Origin: Okamejei kenojei
Taxonomy: Eukaryota
Length of the DNA: 64,000 bases
Direction: 5' to 3'
Assembly: GCA_035221665.1 (NCBI GenBank)
Contig: CM069150.1
Span: 44,330,001 to 44,394,000 of the forward strand
The notes beneath the pieces are model-generated. The model was not told the DNA's origin and did no database searches. It worked only from the letters and a program-made list of their open reading frames with translations. This document shows, piece by piece, positions 25,256 to 39,172 of the stretch (position 1 is its first letter; each line of letters begins with the position of its first letter). The position numbers and the translations under genes are program-made.

Positions 25256-28200
25256 GAAAATGTGCGAATGTATCTAATCTACCTGTACTTGCAGTTGACT
25301 TGATTTTAATCATCTACTGTTCTATTGATTTGATGGAATAACACAAAAATAAAAAAAACTTTTCACTGTATCTCGGTGCACATGACAAAAAATAAACCAA
25401 TGTAATAGCTTCACTATAACCTGAAGAGGAAGATCTGATATTGCACAGTACAGATGGTGATAACATCAATTAGCTAATTAATACTTTGATGATAAATTAT
25501 TGGTGAAACCAACATAAATATTAATAAAAGAGCAGTTTTCAAAACATTTTAGATTTAAAACATTTTTTTAATTAATTGAAGATTTAAATTTAGAATGTAG
25601 TATATATTATTCATTTATACCTTCTTGTTGGAAGTGAATATAATTACATTGTTTACAATATATTTGACAGACACCTTTGACATTTTCATTCATTATAACA
25701 CTGGAACTTGATTCAGCAAAGTCTAATATAAATTCACCTCTCCTTGCTCCTTTCCTCCAAATTCATGCTGCCATTAATGTTACTGACAAAGAACTGCTGT
25801 TAATACCATGCCAATAGGCTGGAAGCCTCTGACTATCATCCATCCCACATAACTGTAGTTTGCATATGTGGCAATTATCCAAGCAAATCCTATGAATCTT
25901 TTATCCTTGTGCCGTTCTGCACCAAACAAACTTAGGGAAGGAGAAATAAGCTGTGCATGGCTGCTCTGAAGACATTAACTTACAGATCTCATGTGTGTGC
26001 TTTTCCAGTTAACGGCAATCTTTCTTCAAGATTTGACAGAAGCTATAATCTTGTATCTGTGCCTTAGGATTAACAACGAGAAAGGTGAAGCGAGGCTTCT
26101 CAAGCCAAAAGAATAACCAGAAAGCACACAGTTTGTAATTGTTTTGATACCAATACTTCAAAAGATGAAAGTCCCGTTCTAGCTCCAGGAAGATTTATGA
26201 ATATTTCATTTATTTTTGCATTCTTGCAAACAGCCTGGCGACATAATGGATTTCCAAACACAATGCTATTCCAGATGCAGATGTAAAAAAAAGCTTTAAA
26301 AAGGCTAAATTAATGCCTTGTAATGCAGTTGCTAAAAATGCAAGTTATTTCTATTATGTATAGAATGTAACAAGCATTTCATAGTATAATAGCATAAAAA
26401 TTACCAGCTAAATGCACGAATAGATTGACTGACATTCTTTTGATGATTATTTTAATAGAAGTCTAAATCTATTTAAAATGAATGGATAAACAGCAGACTG
26501 AAGCATCAGAAATGACTATGTTAAGTGCTACTAATATTGGCAACACCATTTTTGAAGCTTTTTTTTTTCAATGGCCTGGTACAATATTAAATCTACCATA
26601 AGTAAATACTTTGGCTGTCATTGCTGACATGTCATTTTACTTCCATGGCAGTCGATTCGCCTTGTCCTGAATTGACCTACAGGATTGAATTATCATGCTG
26701 TTGCAGGAGGCGAACGATTGATAGGAATCGAAACACAAAGTGCCGGAAGAACTCAGCAGGTCAGGCAGCAACTGTGGAGGGAATGGACAGGACTTTTTGT
26801 CAGATCCGATGCACCATAAATAAATACCATGAAATCAAACTCAGGTACAATAGACAGAGAAAAGGGGGAAGATGCAGAGCACAGAATATAGTTCTCTGCA
26901 TTGTGGCACTTACACTAGTAATAATAACCCTTTAAACAGCTAGGGCTGTAGAAAGGTAAGAGATGGTTCTCTAAGCTGAAAATGATTACACAAATCATAA
27001 GTTCTGGCTATTTAATGTTTTGTACATATTAAGCAAGTAAGTAGTTAGATATTATAAAAGTAAGTAGTTAGATATTTATAAAAATGTTAACATAACTCTA
27101 TAACAGGTAGACAAAAATGCTGGAGAAACTCAGCGGGTGAGGCAGCATTTATGAAGAAGCATCTATGCTTCTTCCCGTCCCACCCTCACATCAGTCTGAA
27201 GAAGGGTTTCGACCCGAAACGTTGCCCATTTCCTTCGCTCAATAGATGCTGCCTCATCCGCTAAGTTAGTCAAGCATTTTGTGTCTACCAGTAAAGCTAC
27301 AAGACTTGATAACTAAACCTACAATGGGAAAGTAAACCAAAAAAAGAAAAATACAGTGAATTTTAAAAAGCCAAACTTGTAGATACAAGGAACTGCGTGT
27401 CCTGGTTTACAAATAAAGATTCAGTGCTGGTGTAAATCTGCAGGTCAGGCAGCATATCTGGAGAAAACCACAAAAAGCTGTAGTAACTTGTCACTCAGGC
27501 AGCAACTCTGGAGAGAAGGAATGGGTGACGTTTCGGATTGAGACCCTTCTTCAGACCAAATATCGGTTGGGGACATTTCGGATCTGAAGAAGGGTCCCAA
27601 CCCAAAACACCACCTTTCCATGTTGTCCAACGATGCTGCCTGACCTGCTGAGTTCATAAGTTCAGAAGTCATTGGAGCAGAATTAGATACAAAAAGCTGG
27701 AGCAACTCGGAGGGTCAGGCAGCATCTCTGGAGAATTGTTGACGTTTTGGGTCAAGACTATTCTTCAGACTGAGAGTCGGGGGGAAGGGAAACGAGAGAT
27801 ATAAAAGGTACGTAGAGAACAAATACCATTCAGCCCGTCGTGGCTACTCCGCCATTCAATCGTGGCTGATCTATCATTTCCTCTCAGCCCCATTCTCCTG
27901 CCTTCTCTCCTTACTACAGCACTTTGGATCTTTGTTGAACCAAGTACAATTTCAAAAGACAAAAGCTTATTACCTGAGGAAAGGTTTGAATGGAAGGGAG
28001 GAAATTGAATGGAAGACAGTCAGGAAACTGCAATGGTAATTAACCTCCCTGCAAGTTTCTTTGATCAGTCCTGCTCCATTCTTCTCCAGCATTGCTCGAA
28101 GTTTTATGGGAATGCATCAAAGCTTCACACCTACCACAACTGGTTGTTAAATTCAGAATAACCATGCTGTTCCCTATAATTTAAAAAAAAAGTCCCAGTG

Positions 28201-29049
28201 AAGATTTTTGTTTTCTGCCTAAAAGCTGGCATTGGGCGTGAAATGCTTTCTGTCATATATATTGCAAAATAATACATCTAGTGTGTAATTAAGGAATTTC
28301 AATAGCACAGACACATTAATAATGTGGAATCAAAATATCTCATTATTAATTTATTACCTTGTATCGTCTAGACAAGGTGATACAAATGCTAAATATGAAG
28401 AAGGGTTCCGACCCAAAATGTCACCGATCCTTTTCCTCCAGAGATGCTGCTTGACCCGCTGAGGTACTTCAGCACTTGGTGGCTATCTTTGGTATAAACC
28501 AGCATGGATAAGGGGGAAATCTTTAAGGAGATTTTCTTCACACAGTTTTTTAGTTGAAGTTCATTGGGCAAGGGGATCACGGAAAAGGGTCGGGATACTG
28601 TGCCAACCAGCGTTTCTATTTTCTATGTAAACCCTCACACAAGAGTCACCAACCAGCGATTGTCCCTCATCCTACACACTTTGGGGCAATTTACAACTTT
28701 TCCCAAGCTAATTAACCTACAAACCCGTCTGTCTTTGGATTGTGGGAGGAAACCAGAGCACCTGGAGAAAACCCACACGATCACCGAGAGAACGTAAAAC
28801 TCCGTACAGCACCGGTAGGTAGTCTGGATTGATTCCAGGTCTCTGGCCCTGTTAGACAGCAACTCTACTGCTGCACCACCGTGCCCCCCCTACAGTTTAT
28901 CTTTAGGTTGCCCTAAACTTACTTTCTGAACAAGAAGAACTTAACTGAAGCAGACATTTTTGTATCCCAAGTTATTATATCCATCGATGAAATAAATATA
29001 TTTAAGGAATAAATAAGTAAATACTGAACCAAGATGGAACATGTAACGG

Positions 29050-29482
29050 CATGTCCCCACTTAGGCGATTTTTAAGGCGACTGCCGGCGACTAGGCCTCC
29101 GCCACATGGTTGCCGGGGTATCGCCTGTATAGTTTGTGAGTCGTCTCCTCAGACTCCCAAAGAGTCGTAGCGTTTTTCTGGTCGCTGCTGGATTTTGAAA
29201 TGTTCCAAATGTTTCGGCGACCGTGGGCTTGTTGTAGCTTGTCTTCTCCTGACGTAGATGCTGTCGTCGGGTATCGTAGGTTGTTGCCAGGATGGCGTAG
29301 GGTGTCGCCAGGATAACGTAGGTTGTTGCCGGTGCTGACTTCGGTGAATTCCATTGTCATAGTCGCCGGCAGTCGCCTACAAAATTGCCTGTGGGACAGG
29401 CCCATTAGTCCAGTCACCGGTTTCTCGGCGACCTGCTACGACTATGACAGTCGCCTAAAAAATCACCTAGTGGGACAGGCCC
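29050..29482. mobile_element. MITE with GGGCCTGTCCCAC-type TIR (PIF/Harbinger-like, superfamily uncertain)
   Basis: Degenerate left end tgtccccacttaggcg; right end gtgggacaggccc twice (about 29403 and 29482); internal gtcgcc/ggcgac repeats. Confidence 0.7.
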
Positions 29483-29510
29483 TTTAAAAGAAGCAAATAT
29501 GTGGTGTGAT

Positions 29511-29925
29511 CTTTAGTCCCCCTTTGGTTGTGGCTGACCATGGGAATCTCCAGGGTGCTATATGGAGGACGACTGTGCGTGACTTTGTTTAACGTGGGGA
29601 GACTGGTGCACAGACAGCCACCCCACGGTCCTTGACAGATCTGGGTCAGGATCCAGTGGCATGGAGTCCAAGACGACCGGAGACCCTTTTCTGCTGCAGC
29701 CTTCATCCGCCTTCCCAGCCGTTGTGACGCTCCACTAAGGTCAGCCATCGTCCTCCGCCTGTTCCACCGTTGAGGTCTTGGTTGGATTGCTCTTTGTCAG
29801 AGACCTCCCCCTCGACCTTACCTCCATGGGTGGCCCTACCAGGAGCACAGCTCCAGACGGCATCGCTCTCAGGATCTCAGGACCACACAAGCTTCTCCAC
29901 CACGACAAGGTGACAATCCACGGAG
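29511..29925 (-). mobile_element. Bipartite RTE-derived non-autonomous element, copy 1
   Basis: 5' end ggattgtcaccttgtcgtggtggag...agggccacccatgg...ctgacaaagagcaatcc resembles RTE (BovB/Expander) 5' UTRs; near-identical to 46588-47001. Confidence 0.8.
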
Positions 29926-30750
29926 TGGGAGATACAATATGAAAAAGCAGAATGAAATGTGGGCAGACTTTACTTGGGTGAAACTGGCATGAAATAGAAT
30001 GGAATGCACAAGCTAGACAAAAATGCTGGAGAAACTCAGCAAGTGAGGCAGCATCTATGGAGCGAAGGAATAGGTGATGTTTCAGGTCCTGAAAGCATCT
30101 GCAGTCTTTCTTAAACAGCTAGAATTGGAAGATCAGATTCCAAAATTAAGCGATAAAGTTCACAGAACTAAAGCCACGATGGAAGTATTTGAAGAAAGAA
30201 ATAAGTATTTTTGACAAAATATTTTAGCATGCAGGTAATTGCAAATTGGGGCAATTGGAAGGAAACATTCTGTTGTAGAACCATGTGGTAATGGCTGATA
30301 TTCTGGGTGGTGGAAGGGCTGGTATAAATGAGGGGGCAGTTAGAGAAGGGAACATGGGCGCACACATCTGGGAAGCCAGAACTTGGGTTTCTGAAAAGAT
30401 GGATATAATACAGGAGGGAACAACATATTCAAGGTTCTTACCACTAATGTTAGGACCATGGGTAGAGTTGACAATTACCTTGATAACGAGATGCATGACA
30501 ATAATGATTTTGAAAATGAATATCATTGTCAGGCTAGAGAAGGCCACAGTGGATACGTTAACAGAAATATAGATACCGGAAGATAACAAAGGCAGCACCA
30601 AATGGGAACCTGTTTTCAAACTATAAGGCTGGCTCGGGGTTCTAATGACATGACATCCGAGAGAGAAAAAATAAAATCTTGTGTAATTGAGAAAGTTAAT
30701 AAATCTTTTTGAGCTTATTAGGCCCATTGATGAAATGGTTAGAAAGATAC

Positions 30751-31270
30751 AGGGTGGCGCGGTGGCGCAATGGTAGAGTTGCTGCCTTACAGCGCCAGAG
30801 ACCTGGGTACGATCCAGACTACGGGCGCTGTCTGTATGGAGTTTGTACATTCTCCCTGTGACCATGTGGGCTTCCTCCAGGAACTCCGGTTTCCTCCCAC
30901 GCTCCAAGGATATGCAGGTTTGTAGGTTAATTGGCTTCGGTGAAGATTGTAAATTGTCCTTAGTGTGTGGGTTAGTGTCATGGGCCTGTCCCACATAGGC
31001 GACTCTTTAGGTGACTGCCAGGGACTAGTTTTAATGGAATTCGCCCACGATACCTGGCGACAACCTGCGACAGCACGTACGACAGCAAAACTTGTCGCCA
31101 CTGTCGACGAAAAATGTTCAACCTGTTGAAAATTTTGCGGTAGTCGCCTGTAGTCGCCCAAAAAATCGCCTAAGTGGGACAGGCCCAGTAGTGTGCGGGC
31201 ATCGTTGGTCGGCGCGGACTTGGTGCGCCGTGGGGCCTGTCTCCGTGTTGTATCTCTAGACCAAACCAAA
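30751..31270 (+). mobile_element. tRNA-derived V-SINE (HE1-like), interrupted by a MITE
   Basis: A box ggtggcgcaatggt, B-box-like gggtacgatcc, V-domain ctccggtttcctcccac, CR1-like 3' end. Confidence 0.85.
30982..31186. mobile_element. Short MITE of the same family, inserted in a SINE
   Basis: TIR gggcctgtcccacataggcga...tcgcctaagtgggacaggccc interrupts the SINE body. Confidence 0.8.
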
Positions 31271-31296
31271 GTAATAGAGTTTGGAAATAAGCTCTT

Positions 31297-31665
31297 TGAC
31301 AATAGACAATAGGTGTAGGAGTAGGCCATTCGGCCCTTCGAGCCAGCACCGCCACTCAATGTGATCATGGCTGATCATCCCCAATCGGTACCCCGTTCCT
31401 GCCTTCTCCCCATATCCCCTAACTCCGCTATCTTTAAGAGCCCTATCTAGCTCTCTCTTGAAAGCATCCAGAGAACCGGCCTCCACCGCCCTCTGAGGCA
31501 GAGAATTCCACAGACTCACCACTCTCTGTGAGAAAAAGTGTGTCCTTGTCTCCGTTCTAAATGGCTTACCCCTTATTCTTAAACTGTGACTCCCCCAACA
31601 TCGGGAACATGTTTCCTGCCTCTAGCGTGTCCAAACCCTTAACAATTTTATATGTTTCAATATAT
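31297..31665 (-). mobile_element. CR1 3' end, (CTATTGT)n-tail subfamily
   Basis: SLWNSLPQRAVEAGSLDAFKRELDRAL. Confidence 0.85.
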
Positions 31666-32625
31666 AACATATATAACTTTGGCCCAACAAGTCCAGGCAA
31701 AGCACCTATCCACCATTCAGGCTAGTCGCAGAAACAATGAACTGCAGAAGCTGTCTTACAAAAAAAGACACAAAGTGCTGGAGTAACCCTTTGTTTTGTA
31801 TGTGAGTTTGACTGGACTGTATTTATGTTTGGTATACCTGCTCCGTTTGGATAGCGTGCAAAGCAAAGCTTTTCACTGTACCTCGGTGAGACGTGACAAT
31901 GATAAACTTCAACCTGGTCATGAAGGGAATGGAGCGAGGATCTATCGATTCTCAGACAGTGTAATCAGGAAATCACCGCCCCATTGAAACCCTGGTATGA
32001 ATATCGAGGTCGCTTGAACCAGTGGTGCAAAACGAATGGTCTAAATGTTATGAACGCTACCTGACCGTATAAAAGAAGCCCATGCAGGCTAATATCGTTG
32101 CCTTAATCGGTTGGAACTGTGTATAATATTTTGACGATTGCGATTAAAAAATAATAACTTTCTGCATTCAGACGGTGCCATTGAAAGTTGGCCCGATTCC
32201 GCGCACACACACACACACACACACACGGGCATGAATAATCGGCGTTGTGCATTTGTTCTCCGCCGCCTTGTCTGAAGCTCAGGTGGGGAAACGCCAGGAA
32301 CCTTTCCCCTTGGCTCCCAGCGATAAATACAAGTTGTGACCTGCATTTTAAGGATCCGTCGGCATCGATCAGGTTCCCCGTTCCTCGTGTACTGAACGGC
32401 CGCCTGGTTGGAAGACTGTGTCTCGCACACACACAAAAGAACCATTTCACATCAGTGGCGACGTGACGTTTGGGGATTTAGTGTGTGTGTGTGTGTCTGC
32501 TGTGTGTGCAGATTGTCACAAACCCAGCAGTTTGAGAGGAGGCACCGGGTGTATTTCCGGTGGCCTGAAAGGCGATCGGGGAGAGGGGTGTGCATGACCT
32601 GAAAAACATCCTGATCCCAGTCCGG

Positions 32626-32652
32626 CAGCAACAGCAGCAGCAACAGCAGCAG
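32626..32652 (+). repeat. Interrupted (CAG/CAA)9 tract in the predicted SAMD10 5' UTR
   Basis: cagcaacagcagcagcaacagcagcag. Confidence 0.9.
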
Positions 32653-32741
32653 CCGCCACTATCCCTGCAGCCGCCCGCCGCTAGCCAGCCAGCCAGCGCC
32701 GACCAGGATGGCAAGCTTGTGAACTGTCAGCATCCGAGGCA

Positions 32742-32754
32742 ATGGCTGTGGACG
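32742..32754 (+). CDS. SAMD10: SAMD10 first coding exon (MAVD + 1 nt)
   Basis: gcaATGGCTGTGGACG|gtaagt with a consensus donor inside a CpG island; phase 1 joins exactly to exon 47802 to give MAVDAASHFSFCR; resembles the MAVE start of paralogue SAMD12. Confidence 0.8.
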
Positions 32755-33869
32755 GTAAGTCAGGCAGGGAAGGAAGGCACAAAGAGAGGCAAGGTTGAAC
32801 GTGTGCTTTGTGGGGGGATGCTGAGCATTGCTCACAGCGTGACAGACAGTGCTCGCTGAAGACATTGATTGCAATGTTAATCCGAACACAAGGGTAACCC
32901 GCTATTCTGTCGGTCTGTCTGTCTGTCTGCCGTTGATTTTTATTCTGGTGCACAGATCATAGCTGGAGACTAAAGTATCCGGAGGCTTCCAGCTGTTGCC
33001 GACGGCGATTCATCAGGTCCCTTAACGTAGTTTTTTTTTTAACATAAGCAAATGTGGTTTAAAGCTACTGTGACAAAGTGATGATCCCAATTGATCGATA
33101 TGTACCCGCGACGCGGATTTGTCTCTTCTTCCCTTGTATTCCGCGGCTGGGAAGCTTAAATCTTGGATCTCTTTTCGCTTGTCGCTGCTGTGTATGGATA
33201 CGAGTCTGCAGTGATTTATCTGACCAAAGAACACTTTTTTAAAATGCAGTTTAAAACTTATAGGTGGCTATTTGTTAATTCGTCCGCCGCGGTTTGTGGA
33301 CCAACCTCGCCTTGCTTGGCAGTCGATTAAAATCGTTCGCTTTTGTTAATTTGTATTGATTTATTTGTTAATTTAGATAGGTCTAACAATTACATTGCAA
33401 TCATTCGATTTGCCACAATTGTGTACAGGAATGCATGTAATCGTTTTTCAAAAGGCTTCATGTCCTAGTGAGGAAATAATTCTTTCTTCTATCTCCACCA
33501 TCTCCAAACATAGTTAACTGAAGGATCTGAAATGTAAATATAATGGATTAACAAAGTAATATTAAACCCAAGGGCATTTAGTACCTTGGCTCCCAGATTC
33601 TCTCTGCCCATCATGCGTGATGTGCCATTAGAATGCCTTGCTGCATTGGGATAAAGGGTGGTGTTACATATACAAGTTGCTGCCACTTCAGTTGTGTGGA
33701 GGCAAAGTTGACTTGTCAAATATTTCTTGAAAATAGACATCAACATTCACATCTTGTCAATCCTCCAACGCGACATGTCGCAACTCTCTGATCCTTTGGT
33801 CTCACACCTTCTCTGGTCTTTGCCCGACCATCTGCCTCCTCCGCCCCTTGCCCCAGTTCTTCCATGACC

Positions 33870-34315
33870 TGTGTAGAAAAAGGAACTGCAGATGCTGTTT
33901 TTTTTCCAAAGATAGACAAAAAGTCCTGGAGTAACTCAGTTGTGGGTCAGGCAGCATCTCTGGAGAAAAAGGATAGGTGACGTTTCAGGTCAGGGCAAGA
34001 CCAATCCTTTTTCTTCGGAGATGATGCCTGACCCGCTGAGTTACTCCAGCACTGTGTGGGTCTGAAGAAGGGTCCCGACTCGAAACATCACCCATCCTTT
34101 TTCTCCAGAGATGCTGTCTGACCCACTGAGTTACTCCAGCACTTTGTGTCTTTCTTCATCTAAGACCTGCCAGGCTGTGTTCTGCTCTGCACTCTAGATT
34201 TCCTTCACCCCTGCAATCAGTCTGAAGAAGGGTCTAAACCCAAAACATTACCAATCCATGTCCCCCAGGGATGCTCCCTGACCAGCTGAGTTACTCCAGT
34301 ATTTGGTGTCTCTCC
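33870..34315. repeat. Cluster of inverted and tandem Penelope pLTR fragments
   Basis: One minus-oriented arm followed by several plus-oriented arms. Confidence 0.7.
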
Positions 34316-36100
34316 ATGATGAACTAATTGTTTTGGTCAGCACTAAACACATTGAAAACTGCAATGAATGTCTAGCTATCACCTGTGTTTATAAATATTC
34401 AACCTGTACGCAAATTATTTTGAATATTAGAAAACATTTTTTTTAAACTCTCCCCCCCCCCCCCCCCCCCCCCCATCATCTCAGTATTTTCTTCAAATTA
34501 CATTTCTCGTTTATTTGAGGAGAAGTTCTTAAATTTGAGGACAACTTTGCAGTTCTAGGTCCTGTAAGCAATGAGACGGAGGACAACTGGGGGGATATTG
34601 TTATTGCATTTTGATGTGTTATTTCTCATGCTTAAACTGGTTTTAGAATAAAAGAGGAATGCAGGGCCGACTTGTGCAAACTTCACAGGATATCGCTAGA
34701 CAAACAAACTAATTAATTCACAGAGAAGTATCCGTCTGCAATAGATCAACTCATTTCTCTTTTCACTCTACCCCTAGGCATACTATGATTTGGATGAGAG
34801 AACAGATCAATAATGAATTCTGTGTGAGCTACAGATACAGTTAACGAGCCATGAACACTATGTTATTAATGTGAATATGGATATATTGCTTTAAGTGTAA
34901 CATAAATTTTTAGCTTATTGCATTTTATTAAAATACATTGAGTATTTGAAATAAAACCTCTACCAAGATTTAAAGAGTCAAGATTCAAGAGAGTTTATTG
35001 TCGTGTGTCCCTGATAGGACAACACAATTCTTGCTTTGCTTCAGCACAACAGAACATAGAAACATAGAAACATAGAAATTAGGTGCAGGAGTAGGCCATT
35101 CAGCCCTTCGAGCCTGCACCGCCATTCAATATGATCATGGCTGATCATCCAACTCAGTATCCCGTACCTATAGTAGGCAATGACGACAGAACAGATCAGT
35201 GTGTCCATATACCATCATATAAATATATACGCACATGAATAAATAAACTGATAAAGCGTTCAGAGTTGAATCCCAGTATTTTGTGAATAAACTGCCCAGC
35301 CAATTGAAAAAAAGAGAATTCGTACTGAAGTTAGCTTTCTAATTTTTGAAAATAAATGACATATACATTTCTGGGAAAATGTGATAATTGAATATAAAAG
35401 ATGGCTTTCTGGGATAAAATTACTTAATAATCTGCAGTTGTTGACATGGAGAAATTTGATGAAGTCATTTGTCTTCTCAGCATTCATAAATAAAGGCAGT
35501 AAATGAGGCTAATGTAATAGAGAGAGATTGCTCGAGAAACATAATTGAACTTGGTGAATGGATGTACTGGAGGCGTGACTTGATTGGAAAATGCTGGTTG
35601 GGTTCTCATTGTTAATTTACTGAGTGTAAGCCCCTGCCAGAAAGCAAAGCTAAAACAAATGTCAGTGAAATTAATTATATTAAAAGGGACGTGCAGGTTT
35701 CGCAATCACCCGCACACAGCTGGAATAGATATTTGTTCACAGCCAAATTAAAGGACAAGGTGAACAGTGAACACGCTAAACACTTGGACATCATTTCCCC
35801 CAAGCTGTTGCTATTGAGTGGGTTTGAGAGGAAGAGATTGACTGGTGGGGGAGTGTGGGTGGAGACGTGTGCAGTTTAAAATTCTTAAACCATGTTACAC
35901 ACTGGTGAATTAGTCAGGGTCAACGCAACATTTTTGAATGTGAAAATAATCAATTCAAGGCATTAAAGCAAAATTACAGCGACGCACCCTGGTAGAGCCA
36001 AAGACAGACACAAAATGCTGGAGTAAGTCAGCGGGTCAGGCAGCATCTCTGGGTTGAAGGAATGGGTGACGTTTCGGGTCGAGACCCTTCTTCAGACTGG

Positions 36101-36490
36101 AGGGGGATCTCATTGAAACATATAAGATTGTTAAAGGTTTAGACACGCTAGAGGCAGGAAAAATGTACCCGATGTTGGGGGAGTCCAGAACCAGGGACCA
36201 CGGTTTAAGAATAAGGAGTAAGCCATTTAGAATGGAGACGAGGAAACACTTTTTCTCCCAGAGAGTCTGTGGAATTCTCTGTCTCAGGGCGGTGGAGGCC
36301 GGTTCTCTGGATGCTTTCAAGAGAGAGCTAGATAGGGCTCTTAAAAATAGCGGAGTCAGGGGATATGGGGAGAAGGCAGGAACGGGGTATTGATTGGGGA
36401 TGATCAGCCTTGATCACATTGAATGGCGGTGCTGGCTCAAAGGGCCGAATGGCCTACTCCTGCACCTATTGTCTATTGTCTATTGTCTAT
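36101..36490 (+). mobile_element. CR1 3' end at the centre of a fold-back pLTR unit (about 36000-36595)
   Basis: GDLIETYKIVKGLD; (CTATTGT)n tail; flanked by inverted pLTR arms and cctgg(t/c)agagcc duplication. Confidence 0.82.
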
Positions 36491-37944
36491 AGTCACCAAT
36501 TCCTTCAACCCAGAGATGCTGCCGGTCCCGCTGAGTTACTCCAGCATTTTGTGTCTACCTTCAGGTTAAACTAGCACCTGCATTTCCTTCCCACACACCT
36601 GGCAGAGCCGTCGTCTCACAACCCCAGAGACCGGGGATTCGATCCCGACCTCCGCTGCTACCTTTTGTGGTATTTGCACGTTCTCCCTGTGACCACATGG
36701 GTTTCCTCCAAATGCTCCAGTTTCCTCCTACGTCCCAAAGACATGCCAGTCCGCAGATTATCTGGCCTCTGTACATTGCCCCCTGCCATGTAGCTGAGAT
36801 CTGGGGGGGAGTTGGAGGGAATGGGGGAGAGAATACAATGGGATGAGTGTGAATGAGCGGTTGGTGGTCAGCACAGACTTGATGGGCCGAAGGGTCTAGA
36901 TCCCTGCTGTAACTCTCTATTAACGAGGCAAAAGATAATTGATTTACAAATAATTGATAAAATAATGATTGATTAATATTGATTGATCCAATTATTTCTA
37001 AATAATAAAAATTAAATATTGACATAAAATATTCCAAGAACATTCAATGTTTCTACATTGCAGTATTTCAACATTTGGAAAGATTGACATAAATGGGCAG
37101 CTTCATCATTCCTGCAATGGTGTTTGGAACAATTATTAAAATAGCTCATATGGCAAATTTTCAAAAGGTGAAGTGCATATTTATTTTATTAAGTGGGTGC
37201 TTTCACACAAATTATTATAGCTTTCTCTCGGTGTTCAAATGTTATACTCAGTTTTACAAGAATAATGTCATTCTGCAAATGAGGATGTAATATGTGTGAT
37301 ATGTTGGAGCTACTTAATCACTTGCTTAAGGCACGAAGATATCAATAATATTTCATAATCTGCAGTTTGCAGACACTTACCATGAAATCACAAAGCAAAC
37401 CCTGCTGCATTGTAAATGTAACCAAATCAATGGCTACAATTAGAAGTCAGTCTCTGATGGCTATTACCTCAGCACAGACAGAGAATAAATATTCAGACCA
37501 TTTCCTTTGAGGATGGAATATGAATATTAAAGAACTACTTGACATACCAGTTAATACATTTAAATTATGGAACAATCAGACACATGTTCGTAACCTAGAA
37601 ACATGCACTTTTTCTTCGACGTGCTGCGCACTTTCTCTGGGAAGAAGGGAGGGAATTAAATCGCCAATGAAAGAGTGCAAAGAGAAAATAGAAGTGAATT
37701 CCAAGACGGAGAGTTTGGTTTAGTTTAGTGATACAAGTTCACAAGTTATAGGAGTAGAATTAGGCAATTCGGCCCATCGAGTCCACTCCGCCATTCAATC
37801 ATGGCTGATCTCTGCCTCCTAATCCCATTTGCCTGCCTTCTCCCCATAACCCTTGACACCCGTTCTAATCAAGAAACAGCATGGAAACGAGCCCTTCGAC
37901 TCACCGACTCCACACCGACCAGCGATCCTTGCACAGTAGCACTA

Positions 37945-39172
37945 TCAAGTCAAGAGTCAAGAGCGTTTATTATCATGTGTCCCAGATAGGACAGTGACAT
38001 TCTTGCTTTGCTTCAGCACAACAGAATATTGTAGTCATAAATACAGATCAGATCAGTGTGTCCATATATCATAGAATATATATGTACACACATGTACAAA
38101 CAGATAAAGTGCATATAGTTCAGAGTTTGTTTGAAGTTGTGTTTAATAGTCTGATGGCTGTGGGGAAGAAGCTGTTCCTGAACCTGGATGTTGCAGATTT
38201 CAGGCTCCTGTACCTTCTACCTGATGGCAGCAGTGGGATGAGTGTGTGGCCAGGATGGTGTGGGTCCTTGATGATGCTGGCAGCCTTTTTGAGGCAGTGA
38301 CTGTGATAGATCCCCTCGATGGAAGGGAGGTCAGAGCCGAAGATGGACTGGGCAATGTTTACAACTTTTTGCAGCCATTTCCGCTCCTGGACGCTCAGGT
38401 TGCCGAACCAAGCCACGATGCAATCGGTCATCATGCTCTCTACTGTGCACCTGTAGATGTTCGAGAGAGTCCTCCTTGACAGACCGACTCTCCGTAATCT
38501 TCTCAGGAAGTAGAGGCGCTGATGTGCTTTCTTTATGATTGCATCAGTGTTCTGGGACCAGGGGAGATCTTCGGAAATATGCATGCCCAGGAATTTGATG
38601 TTCTTGACCCTTTTCACCTTTTCACTTGATTTAAATGGAACTGTGGGTCCACATCCTACCCCAAGTTCACAATCAGTTCCTTGGTTTTGCTGGTGTTGAG
38701 AGCCATATTATTGTGCTGGCACCATTTGGTCAATCAGTCGATCTCATTTTGATACTCTGACTCGTCCCCATCAGTGATTCGTCCCACAGCAGTGGTGTCG
38801 TCGGCGAACTTGATGATGAAGTTCGGACTATATCCGGCTACGCAGTCATGAGTATAGAGTGAGTACAGCAGAGGGCTGAGCACGCAGCCTTGAGGTGCTC
38901 CCGTGCTGATTGTTATCGAGGATGATACATTTCCACCAATACGGACAGACTGTGGTCTGTGAATGAGGAAGTCGAGGATCCAATTGCAGAGGGATGCGCA
39001 GAGATCCAGATCTGAGCGCTTGGTAACCAGCTTGGAGGGGATGATGGTATTAAATGCCGAGCTGTAGTCAACGAATAACAGCCTGACATACGGGTTTTTG
39101 TTGTCCCAGTAGTCCAGAGCGGAGTGGAGAGCCAGTGAGATCGTATTCACCATTGATCTGTTGTGGCGGTAA
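37945..39172 (-). mobile_element. Rex1/Babar-like LINE fragment (RT)
   Basis: [61 protein letters not shown]; (CTTGACT)n tail. Confidence 0.9.

Larger units (their letters stand above)
32190..33340 (+). promoter_or_regulatory. CpG island / promoter and 5' UTR of SAMD10
   Basis: CpG-rich, largely transposon-free interval around the first coding exon; includes (CA)n, (GT)n and CAG tracts. Confidence 0.7.

Noticed and set aside
25700-26650. Repeat-free intergenic stretch (also about 35500-35900) as possible conserved enhancers
   Set aside because: Conservation cannot be judged without alignments.
30168-30994. 256-aa minus ORF and purine-rich plus-strand stretch
   Set aside because: Half is SINE-derived; the rest has no recognisable homology or convincing splice sites.
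32590-32859. PolyQ-containing ORF (VRQQQQQQQQQPP)
   Set aside because: Starts at GTG, is out of frame with the SAMD10 ATG, and hits a stop early in exon 2 if spliced at 32754; treated as a UTR repeat.
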